From the NCBI GenBank assembly GCA_964562505.1, contig CAZLTB010000002.1, positions 1,200 through 65,199 of the forward strand: a DNA stretch of 64,000 bases. The letters run 5' to 3'. Positions 25,953 to 35,171 of this stretch are shown here, in pieces. The notes beneath the pieces are model-generated. The model ran no database searches, was not told the origin of the DNA, and was given only the letters and a program-made list of their open reading frames with translations. Numbering within the stretch: the stretch's first letter is position 1; the number at the start of each line of letters is the position of its first letter. The stretch comes from an uncultured Candidatus Saccharibacteria bacterium (GTDB taxonomy: Bacteria > Patescibacteriota > Saccharimonadia > Saccharimonadales > CAZLTB01). Position numbers and translations under genes: made by a program.

Positions 25953-27869
25953 CTAGCGAGGGATATTAGGGATAGTTCCGTTTGTAGAATTATTTGGAGG
26001 TGGAGGAGGCATCATTGGAGGTGGCACTGGAGGCGGGGGTGGCAAATTATTTATTGGTGGCGCAGGTGGAATGCTAAACGTAGATGCAGGCTGCAAAGGA
26101 TTAGAGTAATTGGTCATGGGTGTTGGTGAAACGTTATTATTGACATTACTAGGTGGAAAAGTTGACGCTCTAAAATTAGGGGTTAGTCCTGTCATCGGTG
26201 GCACGCTCGGGGGTAGATCCACATTACTAGCAAATAGTGGTTCTTGAGGTGTGGACTGAGCAGCCACGGGAGGAATAGATATTGGGCTTGGTCCAGGTTG
26301 GTTCATTGGTTGAATATTTCCGGTGCTTGGATCAATTTGTAGGTCTCCTGGGGGCACTTGAGCAACAGGAGAAGCTGTATCATCAATGACATCATGTCCC
26401 AGATCAAGATTAACTGGTTGGGCGTTAAGTGCCTGAATAGGCTCAAGCGGGGTTTCGGGTGGAGTTTGAGCAACAACTGATTGCACGGCATTACGTGCTT
26501 GTTCGATATCAGGAGGAACAGCGCCTAATTGACTTTCTGTTCCGGGTTGAGATGTCAGCTGATCAGAATGTGGGCTATCTACTGATTCTTCAATTTCAGA
26601 TAGGGTTGGGTCGGTACTGGACGAACTAGGTTCATTAGCCTGCGTCTGTGAGGGCTGAACATCACTAGTAATATCGTCTTCTATCTTTGCCGGTCCTGAA
26701 TCATGGCTAAGAATAGGGGTTGATGATTTGGTTGAGCTCAAGGGATCCGTAGCAGGATCTAAGTCTTCTGGTTGTGTATTTGCTGTCATACGACTATCTA
26801 GCGATGGAAGATCTTCATCTTGTTGATCAACCGGTTCAGTCGGTGAACTCTCATAGTCAGGCATACCAAGATTCTTGTCTGAATCTACGTGTGAGTCGAC
26901 AAGTAAATGCCTATTTTCTGGCTCTACCTGCGGAGTATTATCAGTTTGAGGAGTTTTATCAGGAAGATGAAGATTACCATGTTCATCAATATCAATCTGC
27001 TCTACATCTGGTTCAGGTAACTCTTCGTGGTCAATATGCAGAGCTCCGTCGGCACTATTATCTCCATCATCAGAGTCTGGTGAGTTATCTTTTTTTGGAG
27101 ATTTTTTATCATGTTCCTCTGGTTTTTCGGGTTCCTGGAGCTTAGTTGCAACGAGCTGCTGATTAGCTCCCGCGGACATAAGCTTGGCACTGGCAGCCAT
27201 AGTAGTTGAGGTAGTCTTGGCATTACTGAAACGATCAGTCTCAGCCACAATTCCCGTTAGGAGCGAAGTGGATATTTGACTATCCAATAAGCCGGTTTTT
27301 AGCATGTCGGCTAGAGCCACGACCATTTCACACAAACTACTTGCCTGTTCGTCTGCCCAGTTTATGGATCCTAAGTTACTTGCGTTAGAAGTATTGATCG
27401 AGACTACGGTGGCATCATGCAAAATGCGTCCATGTGCAGTAATAGCCTGGTCGAGATCATCTCGAATTCGAACGCCCAGGCCAATTATAATGTCAACATT
27501 AAAGTCGCCTTGGCTAAATTCCAGATCTTTCTGGCCTATTGAAGTACGATATGGAGTAATAAAGATCTTTACGACTTTGTCTTCGACTTTATAGCGCAGC
27601 TTATCAGCTTTAGATTTGTCCAGAGCAATAATAAAATCTCGTAAACTGTCGGTATTTTTTTCTATGGTCTCGCCGGGTTGCAAGAACTCAATAGTGCTTG
27701 GAACTTTCCCACTAAAAACAGCTGTAGCATGCTTTCCAAGCCGATTAAGAATCAGTGTCAACCCTATGGCTGCGGCTAACTGATCAACGGATGGATCGGT
27801 GCTTACAGTCACGAGTACATTACTGGACTCCTTGAGCTGCTCAGCAATCTTGTTTTTAGGATTTTCCAT
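25953..27869 (-). CDS. DHH-family-like protein with degenerate catalytic motifs and a long Pro/Ser/Gln-rich C-terminal tail
   Basis: The N-terminal ~250 aa is colinear with the NrnA-type DHH domain, with motif IV kept as GIVAETDRF. The DHH triad reads INTS. The remaining ~400 aa are low-complexity and end in poly-Pro. An alternative GTG start is at 27920. Confidence 0.75.
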   Translation of the reverse strand: MENPKNKIAEQLKESSNVLVTVSTDPSVDQLAAAIGLTLILNRLGKHATAVFSGKVPSTIEFLQPGETIEKNTDSLRDFIIALDKSKADKLRYKVEDKVVKIFITPYRTSIGQKDLEFSQGDFNVDIIIGLGVRIRDDLDQAITAHGRILHDATVVSINTSNASNLGSINWADEQASSLCEMVVALADMLKTGLLDSQISTSLLTGIVAETDRFSNAKTTSTTMAASAKLMSAGANQQLVATKLQEPEKPEEHDKKSPKKDNSPDSDDGDNSADGALHIDHEELPEPDVEQIDIDEHGNLHLPDKTPQTDNTPQVEPENRHLLVDSHVDSDKNLGMPDYESSPTEPVDQQDEDLPSLDSRMTANTQPEDLDPATDPLSSTKSSTPILSHDSGPAKIEDDITSDVQPSQTQANEPSSSSTDPTLSEIEESVDSPHSDQLTSQPGTESQLGAVPPDIEQARNAVQSVVAQTPPETPLEPIQALNAQPVNLDLGHDVIDDTASPVAQVPPGDLQIDPSTGNIQPMNQPGPSPISIPPVAAQSTPQEPLFASNVDLPPSVPPMTGLTPNFRASTFPPSNVNNNVSPTPMTNYSNPLQPASTFSIPPAPPINNLPPPPPVPPPMMPPPPPNNSTNGTIPNIPR

Positions 27870-28021
27870 TTTTAGTTTTAGTTTTAGAAATACTTTCTGG
27901 GGTGAGCATAGCACAAGCACTTACACTTGTCCACCACATATATACACTTTCTTTACAAAATGCCTGTCTCTAGAGTATAGTCTAGGGTCGATATACAGCT
28001 AATCAGATGCAAAGAGGTTAA

Positions 28022-28435
28022 ATGCCAATCATCAAATCAGCCAAGAAGCGTGTTCGGGTAGCCCGTAAAGCTACTGTTCGCATTGCAAAGACTAAGCGTA
28101 ACTTGAAAGTTTCTTTGAAAACGTTTCAAGAGGCTCTTAGTACTGGCAAGAAGGCTGGAGAAGCTCAAAGTAAAGCCCAGAGCGCGTTGGACAAAGCTGG
28201 TAAAAAAGGCGTGATGCATAAGAACAAGGTCGCTCGTAAGAAGCGCCAAGTTGCTGCAAAACTTAAAGCTGCCGGTGTAAAACCTGTTGTTGGCACTAAG
28301 AAAGCAGCTGGCAAGAAAGCTACGACTAAACCAGTCGCTAAAAAGCCGACCTCAAAGAAAACTACAGTCAAAAAGCCCTCCACCAAAAAAGCATCTGCTA
28401 AAAAACCTATTTCTAAGAAAAGTACCAAAAAATAA
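28022..28435 (+). CDS. rpsT: 30S ribosomal protein S20 with a Lys/Ala/Pro-rich C-terminal extension
   Basis: N-terminus MPIIKSAKKRVRVARKATVRIAKTKRNLK is canonical S20. At 137 aa it is longer than the usual ~87 aa. Confidence 0.9.
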   Translation: MPIIKSAKKRVRVARKATVRIAKTKRNLKVSLKTFQEALSTGKKAGEAQSKAQSALDKAGKKGVMHKNKVARKKRQVAAKLKAAGVKPVVGTKKAAGKKATTKPVAKKPTSKKTTVKKPSTKKASAKKPISKKSTKK

Positions 28436-28436
28436 C

Positions 28437-29363
28437 TTACTTCTGCCGGCTAATTTGAATAAATAAATTTCTTAAAGAATCGTCCGCGTCGATTGATTCA
28501 CTTTTCATCCTGACATCAAGCTCTAAAACATCAGTTATAAGCTTTTTAAGTTCATTCAAAGTTAATTTATCTGCAATGTTTTGACTTTTGCGCACTACAA
28601 ACGGATTAATATTGGCTTCCCTGGCTATATCTGCGGAGGATTTAGAGCCTGCTGTTTTTATTATTGCCAACACGTGTAGTTGCCAACTTAACATAGCAAT
28701 AATCTGAATCGGCTCGATCTTCAGTGCTCGTTGTTCTTCGTATATTTCAAGAGCACGCTTAGTTTTGCCTGCAAATGCTGCATCTAGGAGTTCAAATACA
28801 GTAGTTTGCGGCGTAGGTTCTGTCAACAGATCAATAGTCTGTCTTGTAATCTTTTTGTCATAATTGATTAACTTGATAATTTCATTAGCCAATAGTTGCT
28901 GATTGGTGCCTACACGTTCTATCAAATATCGAGCATCGTTAGAACTAATTAAGCCATCTTTGTGCTTAGCCTGTTCTATTAGCCATTTAGCAAGACTGTT
29001 TTCATCCAGTTCATTAAACTCTTTGAAGTCAGTCTTATTCTTCAAGAATTTATAATAACTAGAGCGTTTATCCAGTTTGGGCTCAACGATAATAACGTCA
29101 GTAGTTTCAGACATATTGGTTAGTAAAATTTCAGCTTTTTCAACGAATTCTTTGTTATTACCTGGTATTCTTAGAACCACCATTTTTTTAGTGGCTAAAA
29201 ATGGCAGGCTCTCCAGACTTTCACGAATACGGTCAAATTCGTCTTCTTCTCCATCGAGCCTTTCCAACCCCATATCACCATGCTCTTTAATGAACTCATC
29301 GATCCACAGCTTTAGTTCTGTTTTCAGTCCAAAACTATTACTGCCTGTTAGTGTCGTGATCAT
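28437..29363 (-). CDS. holA: DNA polymerase III delta subunit
   Basis: 308 aa with HolA-like length and helical C-terminal domain. It overlaps mutM by 4 nt. Confidence 0.7.
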   Translation of the reverse strand: MITTLTGSNSFGLKTELKLWIDEFIKEHGDMGLERLDGEEDEFDRIRESLESLPFLATKKMVVLRIPGNNKEFVEKAEILLTNMSETTDVIIVEPKLDKRSSYYKFLKNKTDFKEFNELDENSLAKWLIEQAKHKDGLISSNDARYLIERVGTNQQLLANEIIKLINYDKKITRQTIDLLTEPTPQTTVFELLDAAFAGKTKRALEIYEEQRALKIEPIQIIAMLSWQLHVLAIIKTAGSKSSADIAREANINPFVVRKSQNIADKLTLNELKKLITDVLELDVRMKSESIDADDSLRNLFIQISRQK

Positions 29364-30235
29364 GCTTTAAGCCTTTGGCATTTGGGGCATATATGGGTAC
29401 CTCGGTTAGCAACACGGATTTTGATAATTATTGTTCCGCATCGTGGACATGGTTTGCCTTCGCGTCGAAACACATTTGCGAAGCTTAGGTAACTCCCTTT
29501 TTTACCTTCAGCGTTAATATAATTTCTGTCTGACGAGCCACCTTTGTCAATTGAAAGTTGTAAGACTTCACGGAGGAATAGGAAAAGTTCCTTAAATTTA
29601 GCATCAGTGATGCTCTTGACTAGTGTTGCTGGGTGAATTTTAGCTCCCCAAAGACTTTCATCGGCATAAATGTTGCCGATACCTGCCACTGTGCTCTGAT
29701 CAAGTAAAGCTGCTTTAATACCCAAGTTAGGTTTGCGCTTTAGGCGATCTCGAAATTCCTGCCAAGTAAAATCTGCAGCTAATGGTTCTGGCCCGATTTT
29801 TTTAAAGAAGTCTATATTAAATATTTCTGTAGTTGGTATTAATCGCATCCAGCCAAATTTACGTTGATCGTTAAAAAATAATTTGCTCTCGTCATTGAAC
29901 TCCAAAATTACTCGTGTCGATTTATCGGGCAATTTGTGAACTAATGAATCATTGGGATGACCTGCTCCAAAGCGTATGTTCTTGGCCACAAAAACTAACT
30001 GACCAGTCATTTTAAGATGAATTACAAGACTGTACTTGGTGTCTAGCTCAATGAGCAAAACTTTTGCTCGGCGCTTTACTTCAACAATTTTGGCGCCTAT
30101 TAAAAATAGTTTTACGTCCGTCTCAGAGTTTGGAAATGACTTGGGCCAATCATAATTAACTGACTTAATCTGCTTACCTGGCAATAAGGAACTTAAGCCA
30201 ATTCGAATAGTCTCGACTTCAGGTAACTCCGGCAT
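29360..30235 (-). CDS. mutM: Formamidopyrimidine-DNA glycosylase
   Basis: N-terminus MPELPEVETIR, an H2TH domain and a C-terminal C4 zinc finger (CPRCGTIIIKIRVANRGTHICPKCQ). Confidence 0.95.
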   Translation of the reverse strand: MPELPEVETIRIGLSSLLPGKQIKSVNYDWPKSFPNSETDVKLFLIGAKIVEVKRRAKVLLIELDTKYSLVIHLKMTGQLVFVAKNIRFGAGHPNDSLVHKLPDKSTRVILEFNDESKLFFNDQRKFGWMRLIPTTEIFNIDFFKKIGPEPLAADFTWQEFRDRLKRKPNLGIKAALLDQSTVAGIGNIYADESLWGAKIHPATLVKSITDAKFKELFLFLREVLQLSIDKGGSSDRNYINAEGKKGSYLSFANVFRREGKPCPRCGTIIIKIRVANRGTHICPKCQRLKA

Positions 30236-30274
30236 AGTTATTTAATTGTAGCAGTCATCATATACAATGAAGCC

Positions 30275-30517
30275 ATGTCTGACAGTTTAGGTGACCTATT
30301 AAGCCAATCTAGATTTACTGAACCCCCGGAAATCAAGACTATTAAATCATTCGTAAAAGATCGATTTAATTCCGTACCCTCTGTTACAATTCACCAATCA
30401 CAAATTATTATTGGCGTTTCTAACGCTGCTTTGGCTGGCACACTTAGAGTGCATTTGCATGAGTTGCAAGAACTATGTCAGACAAAAAAGCGTTTAGTCA
30501 TTCGAATTGGGAACTAA
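30275..30517 (+). CDS. Small DUF721/DciA-like protein (tentative)
   Basis: 80 aa. The pattern IKSFVKDRF...SVTIHQSQIIIGVSNAALAGTLRVHLHELQELC...RLVIRIG resembles the DUF721 core by eye. Confidence 0.4.
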   Translation: MSDSLGDLLSQSRFTEPPEIKTIKSFVKDRFNSVPSVTIHQSQIIIGVSNAALAGTLRVHLHELQELCQTKKRLVIRIGN

Positions 30518-30700
30518 TTCAGGCATTAAAGCTAAGTTACCTATACACAAAGGTACGAACTTTTCTTCGGGATGACCTGCTTCTATAGCTTCATCTTGAA
30601 TTCTATCCCTTTCACCAGGGCTACATACTAATAGCATTGGTGCTGTGCCTTCAGCATCTTTTACATCGTAAAAGTGTGGGTTTTCTGCGGGCATCGACAT
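30494..30700 (-). CDS. Hypothetical small acidic protein
   Basis: The ATG at 30700 has an AAGGA SD 8 nt upstream. The longer track ORF (to 30778) adds an AT-rich, low-complexity N-terminus. Confidence 0.4.
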   Translation of the reverse strand: MSMPAENPHFYDVKDAEGTAPMLLVCSPGERDRIQDEAIEAGHPEEKFVPLCIGNLALMPELVPNSND

Positions 30701-30818
30701 TTTTGTTTTCCTTTCTTTTTTGTTATTTATTTTAGTTAACCATATCTTCAGTAAAACGCTAACGCTAAGCTCTGTCAACCCTTTTGGTAAATTTTCCTAT
30801 CTGTAAATGTGATATATA

Positions 30819-31394
30819 TCACATTTGAGATAAGATAGGCTCGAGTTCGACCTTAAGTTGTTTTAAGCTTTGGTAAGTCACTGCCTTCCAACCTTCTGTT
30901 TTAGCCACTTGGCAATAGCTTTCTTTATCATCAACAAGCAGAGCTTCGTGAGGACCAATTCTTAAACGTTCACGTGCAAGCATAAATATTCTAGGATCTG
31001 GCTTGATCATACCAACTTCAAAAGAGAATATCATTTCATCGAACAATGCCTGTTCATTATCAGTTAAGAAGCTATCTCTAATCCAGTTGGTGGCAACATT
31101 ACTCATTATGGCAAGCAAGTAACCCCGGCTTTTGAGCTCACTAATATATTCAAGCAAAGGAATATTCTTACTTACTTCGCTGCTCAATAAATCTTCGGCT
31201 TCGGTAAAGGTACGGCCAGTTATGGCCTTTATACGCGTTGAACACTCTCGTTGGCTAATTGATCCTCTATCATACTCGCGGTGTGCATTTCGGACAGCTT
31301 CCAGATCAACGTCTTCAGGCAGGCTTAATAGAAACTCTCTCCACATATCGGTGGTTAAAACACCAAAATTATCAAAAACAATGGCCTTGATCAT
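30819..31394 (-). CDS. HAD-superfamily hydrolase (subfamily IA-like)
   Basis: 191 aa with motif I AIVFDNFGVLT, motif II MSN and motif IV LVDDK. Confidence 0.75.
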   Translation of the reverse strand: MIKAIVFDNFGVLTTDMWREFLLSLPEDVDLEAVRNAHREYDRGSISQRECSTRIKAITGRTFTEAEDLLSSEVSKNIPLLEYISELKSRGYLLAIMSNVATNWIRDSFLTDNEQALFDEMIFSFEVGMIKPDPRIFMLARERLRIGPHEALLVDDKESYCQVAKTEGWKAVTYQSLKQLKVELEPILSQM

Positions 31395-31424
31395 ATCTAT
31401 AGTTTAGCTTAAAGCTTTAGATGA

Positions 31425-31994
31425 TTAGTATAGGTTTACGCCACTAACAAAGGCACTGTAGTCAGTAATCTGGGCTTGGAATAATTGCCGTACTGTAAAA
31501 GCACTGCCGGCAAATGTACCTAAGTTTGCAAAACATGTTACCGACCATGTATTAAGTGGGTGGTGATCGGCATCGCTAAGATCATACAGAAACGTATTAC
31601 CAAATGGACATACGCCTTTAGAGTCTGTAATAACTACTTTGCGGTCTCTAGTAAAGCCAGCACGATCTAAACCGTGCAAAAAATAATCATAAGCGTCTTG
31701 CGTATTTGGATATGTCTTGCTACGTTCGGTTATCCATTCATATCCATCCAATATTTCAATCAGGCGCGTGCTAGACGAAACACTTACCCGAACAGCTCGT
31801 CTTTGATCTTCTCCGACCAGATGGCCTTGCATAGTCCATTGAACTTGGCTACCATTTCTATCTATATAGTCCAATAGGTTGATTTTTTCTTTACGGACAG
31901 CCTTATTATTGGAAGATGGTGTGCGAAATATCAGAATAATTCCAAGAATTCCGACTACCAAAACGCCTAAACCAATTAAGATATAACGCCTCAT
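31425..31994 (-). CDS. Hypothetical membrane-anchored protein
   Basis: 189 aa with an N-terminal TM helix (YILIGLGVLVVGILGIILIF). No family recognised. Confidence 0.5.
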   Translation of the reverse strand: MRRYILIGLGVLVVGILGIILIFRTPSSNNKAVRKEKINLLDYIDRNGSQVQWTMQGHLVGEDQRRAVRVSVSSSTRLIEILDGYEWITERSKTYPNTQDAYDYFLHGLDRAGFTRDRKVVITDSKGVCPFGNTFLYDLSDADHHPLNTWSVTCFANLGTFAGSAFTVRQLFQAQITDYSAFVSGVNLY

Positions 31995-32025
31995 TAAGCA
32001 TTATTATGGCAGATATTTGTGTTAT

Positions 32026-32448
32026 TTACAATGTATTTGTATTCGTAGCAAAAGCATTTCTAATAGCTCGGCGAAAACTGGGGGCAACCTTTTTTAGTGC
32101 CTCTTTTTCTGTTGCCCATTCGTATTCCACGTGTTCATCACTAATCTTAGGATTTCCGTCAAAATCCGCACTAACTTTGTAAAAAACAAGTACCAGACTT
32201 TTGTCACCATCTATGTCCTTGTTTAGCCTGTAGGCGTCTACGATTTCCTCCATAACAATAGCCTTGATATTGGGTAATTCTTCCTTGAGTTCACGCAGTA
32301 AAGCCTGTTCTATTGATTCCTCATCGTCTATTCTGCCGCCCGGTACTTCCCACATATCAGGACGCTCTTTATTAACGTTAGTATGTAAGATCAATACTTT
32401 ATCATCCTTGATAATCACAGCCTTTATACCTACATAGAATGTCTTCAT
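32026..32448 (-). CDS. NUDIX hydrolase
   Basis: 140 aa with Nudix box GGRIDDEESIEQALLRELKEELP. The start overlaps the polA stop by 1 nt. Confidence 0.85.
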   Translation of the reverse strand: MKTFYVGIKAVIIKDDKVLILHTNVNKERPDMWEVPGGRIDDEESIEQALLRELKEELPNIKAIVMEEIVDAYRLNKDIDGDKSLVLVFYKVSADFDGNPKISDEHVEYEWATEKEALKKVAPSFRRAIRNAFATNTNTL

Positions 32449-35114
32449 TATAGCTCACCCCAGTTTTTGCCTACTGAGGTATCAACCGTTAGTTTCACGG
32501 GCAATTTGTAGGCATTCTCCATGGTGTCTTTGAGTAAATCGGCTATTTCCTCTGCTTTAGATTCTAGCGTTTCAACAATAAGAGAGTCATGTATTTGCAA
32601 TAGAATTTTTGGTTTGTCGTTCTTATATTTTTCATCTAGTCTCTCCTGAACCTTCACCATGGCTAACTTCATTATGTCGGCTGCGCTGCCCTGGAAAGGC
32701 ATGTTGACCGCTGCTCGCATGGCCGCTTCTCGAACAGCAAAGTTGGATGAATGTATATCTGGAGTCGGGCGGCGGCGGCCTAAAATACTCTCTGTGTATC
32801 CATCCTTTCTAGCTTTTTCTTTAATAGACTCTATGTATTTGAGCAGTTTGGGACGAATCTTGAAATAATGGTCAATAAAGTGTTTTGCTGCCTCGTGGGT
32901 CATGCCAGTTGCAACTGATAATCCATGAGCGCTCAAACCATACATTACCCCGAAATTCACTACTTTAGCATCGCGTCTCATATTTTTTGTCACGTCTTCT
33001 GGTTCACGATTATATATCTCTGCGGCCGTGGCTGTATGTACATCAACGTCACGGTTAAACATATCAATAAGTTCCTTATCGCCAGAAAGATAAGCCGCCA
33101 AACGTAATTCAAATTGTGAGTAGTCTGCGCTGACTAGTTTTTTGCCTCGTCCGGCTACAAAAGCGGTACGAATTTGTTTGCCAAGATCTGTGCGTACTGG
33201 GATATTTTGCAAATTAGGATCATTTGAGCTGAGCCGCCCTGTTTGGGCAACCGTCATAGCAAATGTTGTATGTAAACGAGAATGTTGGTCTACTTGCTTA
33301 GGTAAAGCGTCTATATAGGTATTTTTAAGTTTGGTTACCTCTCGCCACTGCGAAATAAGATCAACTATTGGATGGGCAGAGCGCAGTTTATCAAGCTCAG
33401 AAGCTGCGGTTGAGTAACCAGTTTTCCCACGTTTAATGCCCGCTGAACTAAGCTGCAGTTTTTTGAACAGAATATCAGCTAGCTGGTGAGGCGAACCAAT
33501 ATTAAATTCTTGGTCGGCATGTCCATAAATTTGTTGTTCCAGATCAGAAATAATATCAGTAACTTGGTCGTCTATACGTTCCAGGTATGTCGTGTCCAAT
33601 TGAATTCCTTCGTATTCCATTTCTGCAAGGACAGGTATGACCGGAAATTCAACTTCATGGGCAAGTTTAGTCAGTTTTGATAACTTCTGCAGCTCTTTAT
33701 TCTGCTGCTCATATAGTTGCCAAATAACATTTGTAACCTCGGATGCCCTTTCGGCTAATTCCGTTGTTTCAAGTTCGTGTAGCGAACCACCTTCATAACT
33801 TAAATCTTCGCGGGCAAGTTCGCTCAAGCTTTGCTCTCTGCGCAAAGAATTAAGTAGGAATGCACCGATTAATACATCATGGGCAACTTTTGGCATTGGT
33901 AGATCCAAATCCAATAGAACTTCAAGACTAGATTTACTGTCATAGCCTATAACGGAGCTGAGAACTGAGAGCTGAGAACTGAGAGTCTCTTTGGAGACTT
34001 TGGTTAGGTCAATAGTAAAAGTTTCACTTCGCGAAGGGCTTAAGATTAGTAATCGTGGGTCTCTGCCATGTTTACCTGCTGCGCGGGTATGTATGACTAT
34101 GTTTCCTGATTTATTTAGCTTCAGCTTTTTTAGTGCTTCATTCGTGTTAATAATTGTGTTCTTTCCAACCGAAGCTGAGAGCCCAGAGCCTGGGACTGAA
34201 GATTTTGCATCATCTACTGGTACTTGCATTATTTCGGGTAGTTGTCTTGCTAATGTGCGGAACTCAAGTTTCTGCAAAGTTTCTTGGACCCGGATTGGGT
34301 CGCATTTGCTACCATCAACTTCTTTCAAATTGAGCTTTATGGGTGCGTCTGTCCATATACTGGCTAATTTTTTGCTCAAGTAGGCTGAGTCTTTGCCGGC
34401 CTCCAGTTTCAAGCGAACACTGTCTTTGATCAATGCCAGATTGTCATAGACACCATCAAGAGTATTGTGTGCTTTTAGTAGTTCAATGGCGCCTTTTTCG
34501 CCAATACCTGGGACACCTGGAATATTGTCAGAGCTATCGCCTTTTAGGGCTTTAAGATCCAGGAACTGAGTAGGAGCAATACCGTACTTGGCCTCAAAAC
34601 TTTTCGGACTGAAAAGTTCTATGTTAGAGAAGCCTTTTTTCATAGCAAAAACATGAATGTACGGATCAATCAGCTGAAGCATATCGAGATCTGATGTAAT
34701 CAGCATAGTCTCAATATCCTTCTTGGTAGCCTGGACTGCCAGTGTTCCCATAATATCGTCGGCTTCATAGTCATCCAATTCATAAAGTGGCCAACCAAAA
34801 GCTTCGAGCAAATCATGAAGTATTGGTACCTGATCATAAAAGTCTGGTGGTGCTGGTTTGCGACCGGCCTTATAGGCTGGATACAGTTTTAGACGCTTAC
34901 GAATATTGGTTTTAGGTTTATCCCAAGCCACACATACATAATCGGGCTTGAGCATCTTAATGACTTCGAGCGCCATAGTAGCAAAGCCAAAGACGCCTCC
35001 AGTTGGCGTGCCGTCTTTCGTAGCAAGATTCGGCATTGCATAATAACCGCGGTAAAACACGCTCTTGCCGTCAATAATAGCCAACTTTTTACGTTTAGTA
35101 GCTTTGGTTTCCAT
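32448..35114 (-). CDS. polA: DNA polymerase I
   Basis: 888 aa with a 5'-nuclease domain, a central exo-like domain lacking the DxE motif, and a family A polymerase domain (DYSQFELRLAAYLSGD, QIHDSLIVE). Confidence 0.96.
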   Translation of the reverse strand: METKATKRKKLAIIDGKSVFYRGYYAMPNLATKDGTPTGGVFGFATMALEVIKMLKPDYVCVAWDKPKTNIRKRLKLYPAYKAGRKPAPPDFYDQVPILHDLLEAFGWPLYELDDYEADDIMGTLAVQATKKDIETMLITSDLDMLQLIDPYIHVFAMKKGFSNIELFSPKSFEAKYGIAPTQFLDLKALKGDSSDNIPGVPGIGEKGAIELLKAHNTLDGVYDNLALIKDSVRLKLEAGKDSAYLSKKLASIWTDAPIKLNLKEVDGSKCDPIRVQETLQKLEFRTLARQLPEIMQVPVDDAKSSVPGSGLSASVGKNTIINTNEALKKLKLNKSGNIVIHTRAAGKHGRDPRLLILSPSRSETFTIDLTKVSKETLSSQLSVLSSVIGYDSKSSLEVLLDLDLPMPKVAHDVLIGAFLLNSLRREQSLSELAREDLSYEGGSLHELETTELAERASEVTNVIWQLYEQQNKELQKLSKLTKLAHEVEFPVIPVLAEMEYEGIQLDTTYLERIDDQVTDIISDLEQQIYGHADQEFNIGSPHQLADILFKKLQLSSAGIKRGKTGYSTAASELDKLRSAHPIVDLISQWREVTKLKNTYIDALPKQVDQHSRLHTTFAMTVAQTGRLSSNDPNLQNIPVRTDLGKQIRTAFVAGRGKKLVSADYSQFELRLAAYLSGDKELIDMFNRDVDVHTATAAEIYNREPEDVTKNMRRDAKVVNFGVMYGLSAHGLSVATGMTHEAAKHFIDHYFKIRPKLLKYIESIKEKARKDGYTESILGRRRPTPDIHSSNFAVREAAMRAAVNMPFQGSAADIMKLAMVKVQERLDEKYKNDKPKILLQIHDSLIVETLESKAEEIADLLKDTMENAYKLPVKLTVDTSVGKNWGEL

Positions 35115-35171
35115 ATCTTAAAGTATACCGATTAGATTACAGTAGTAAAAAACTAATGCTTATTCTATATA

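Noticed and set aside
33956-33990. Short tandem DNA repeat gagctgagaactgagagctgagaactgagag, considered as a microsatellite or CRISPR-like repeat.
   Set aside because: There are only two units and no spacers. It lies inside polA, where it encodes LSSQLSVLSS in the poorly conserved linker/exo-like region.
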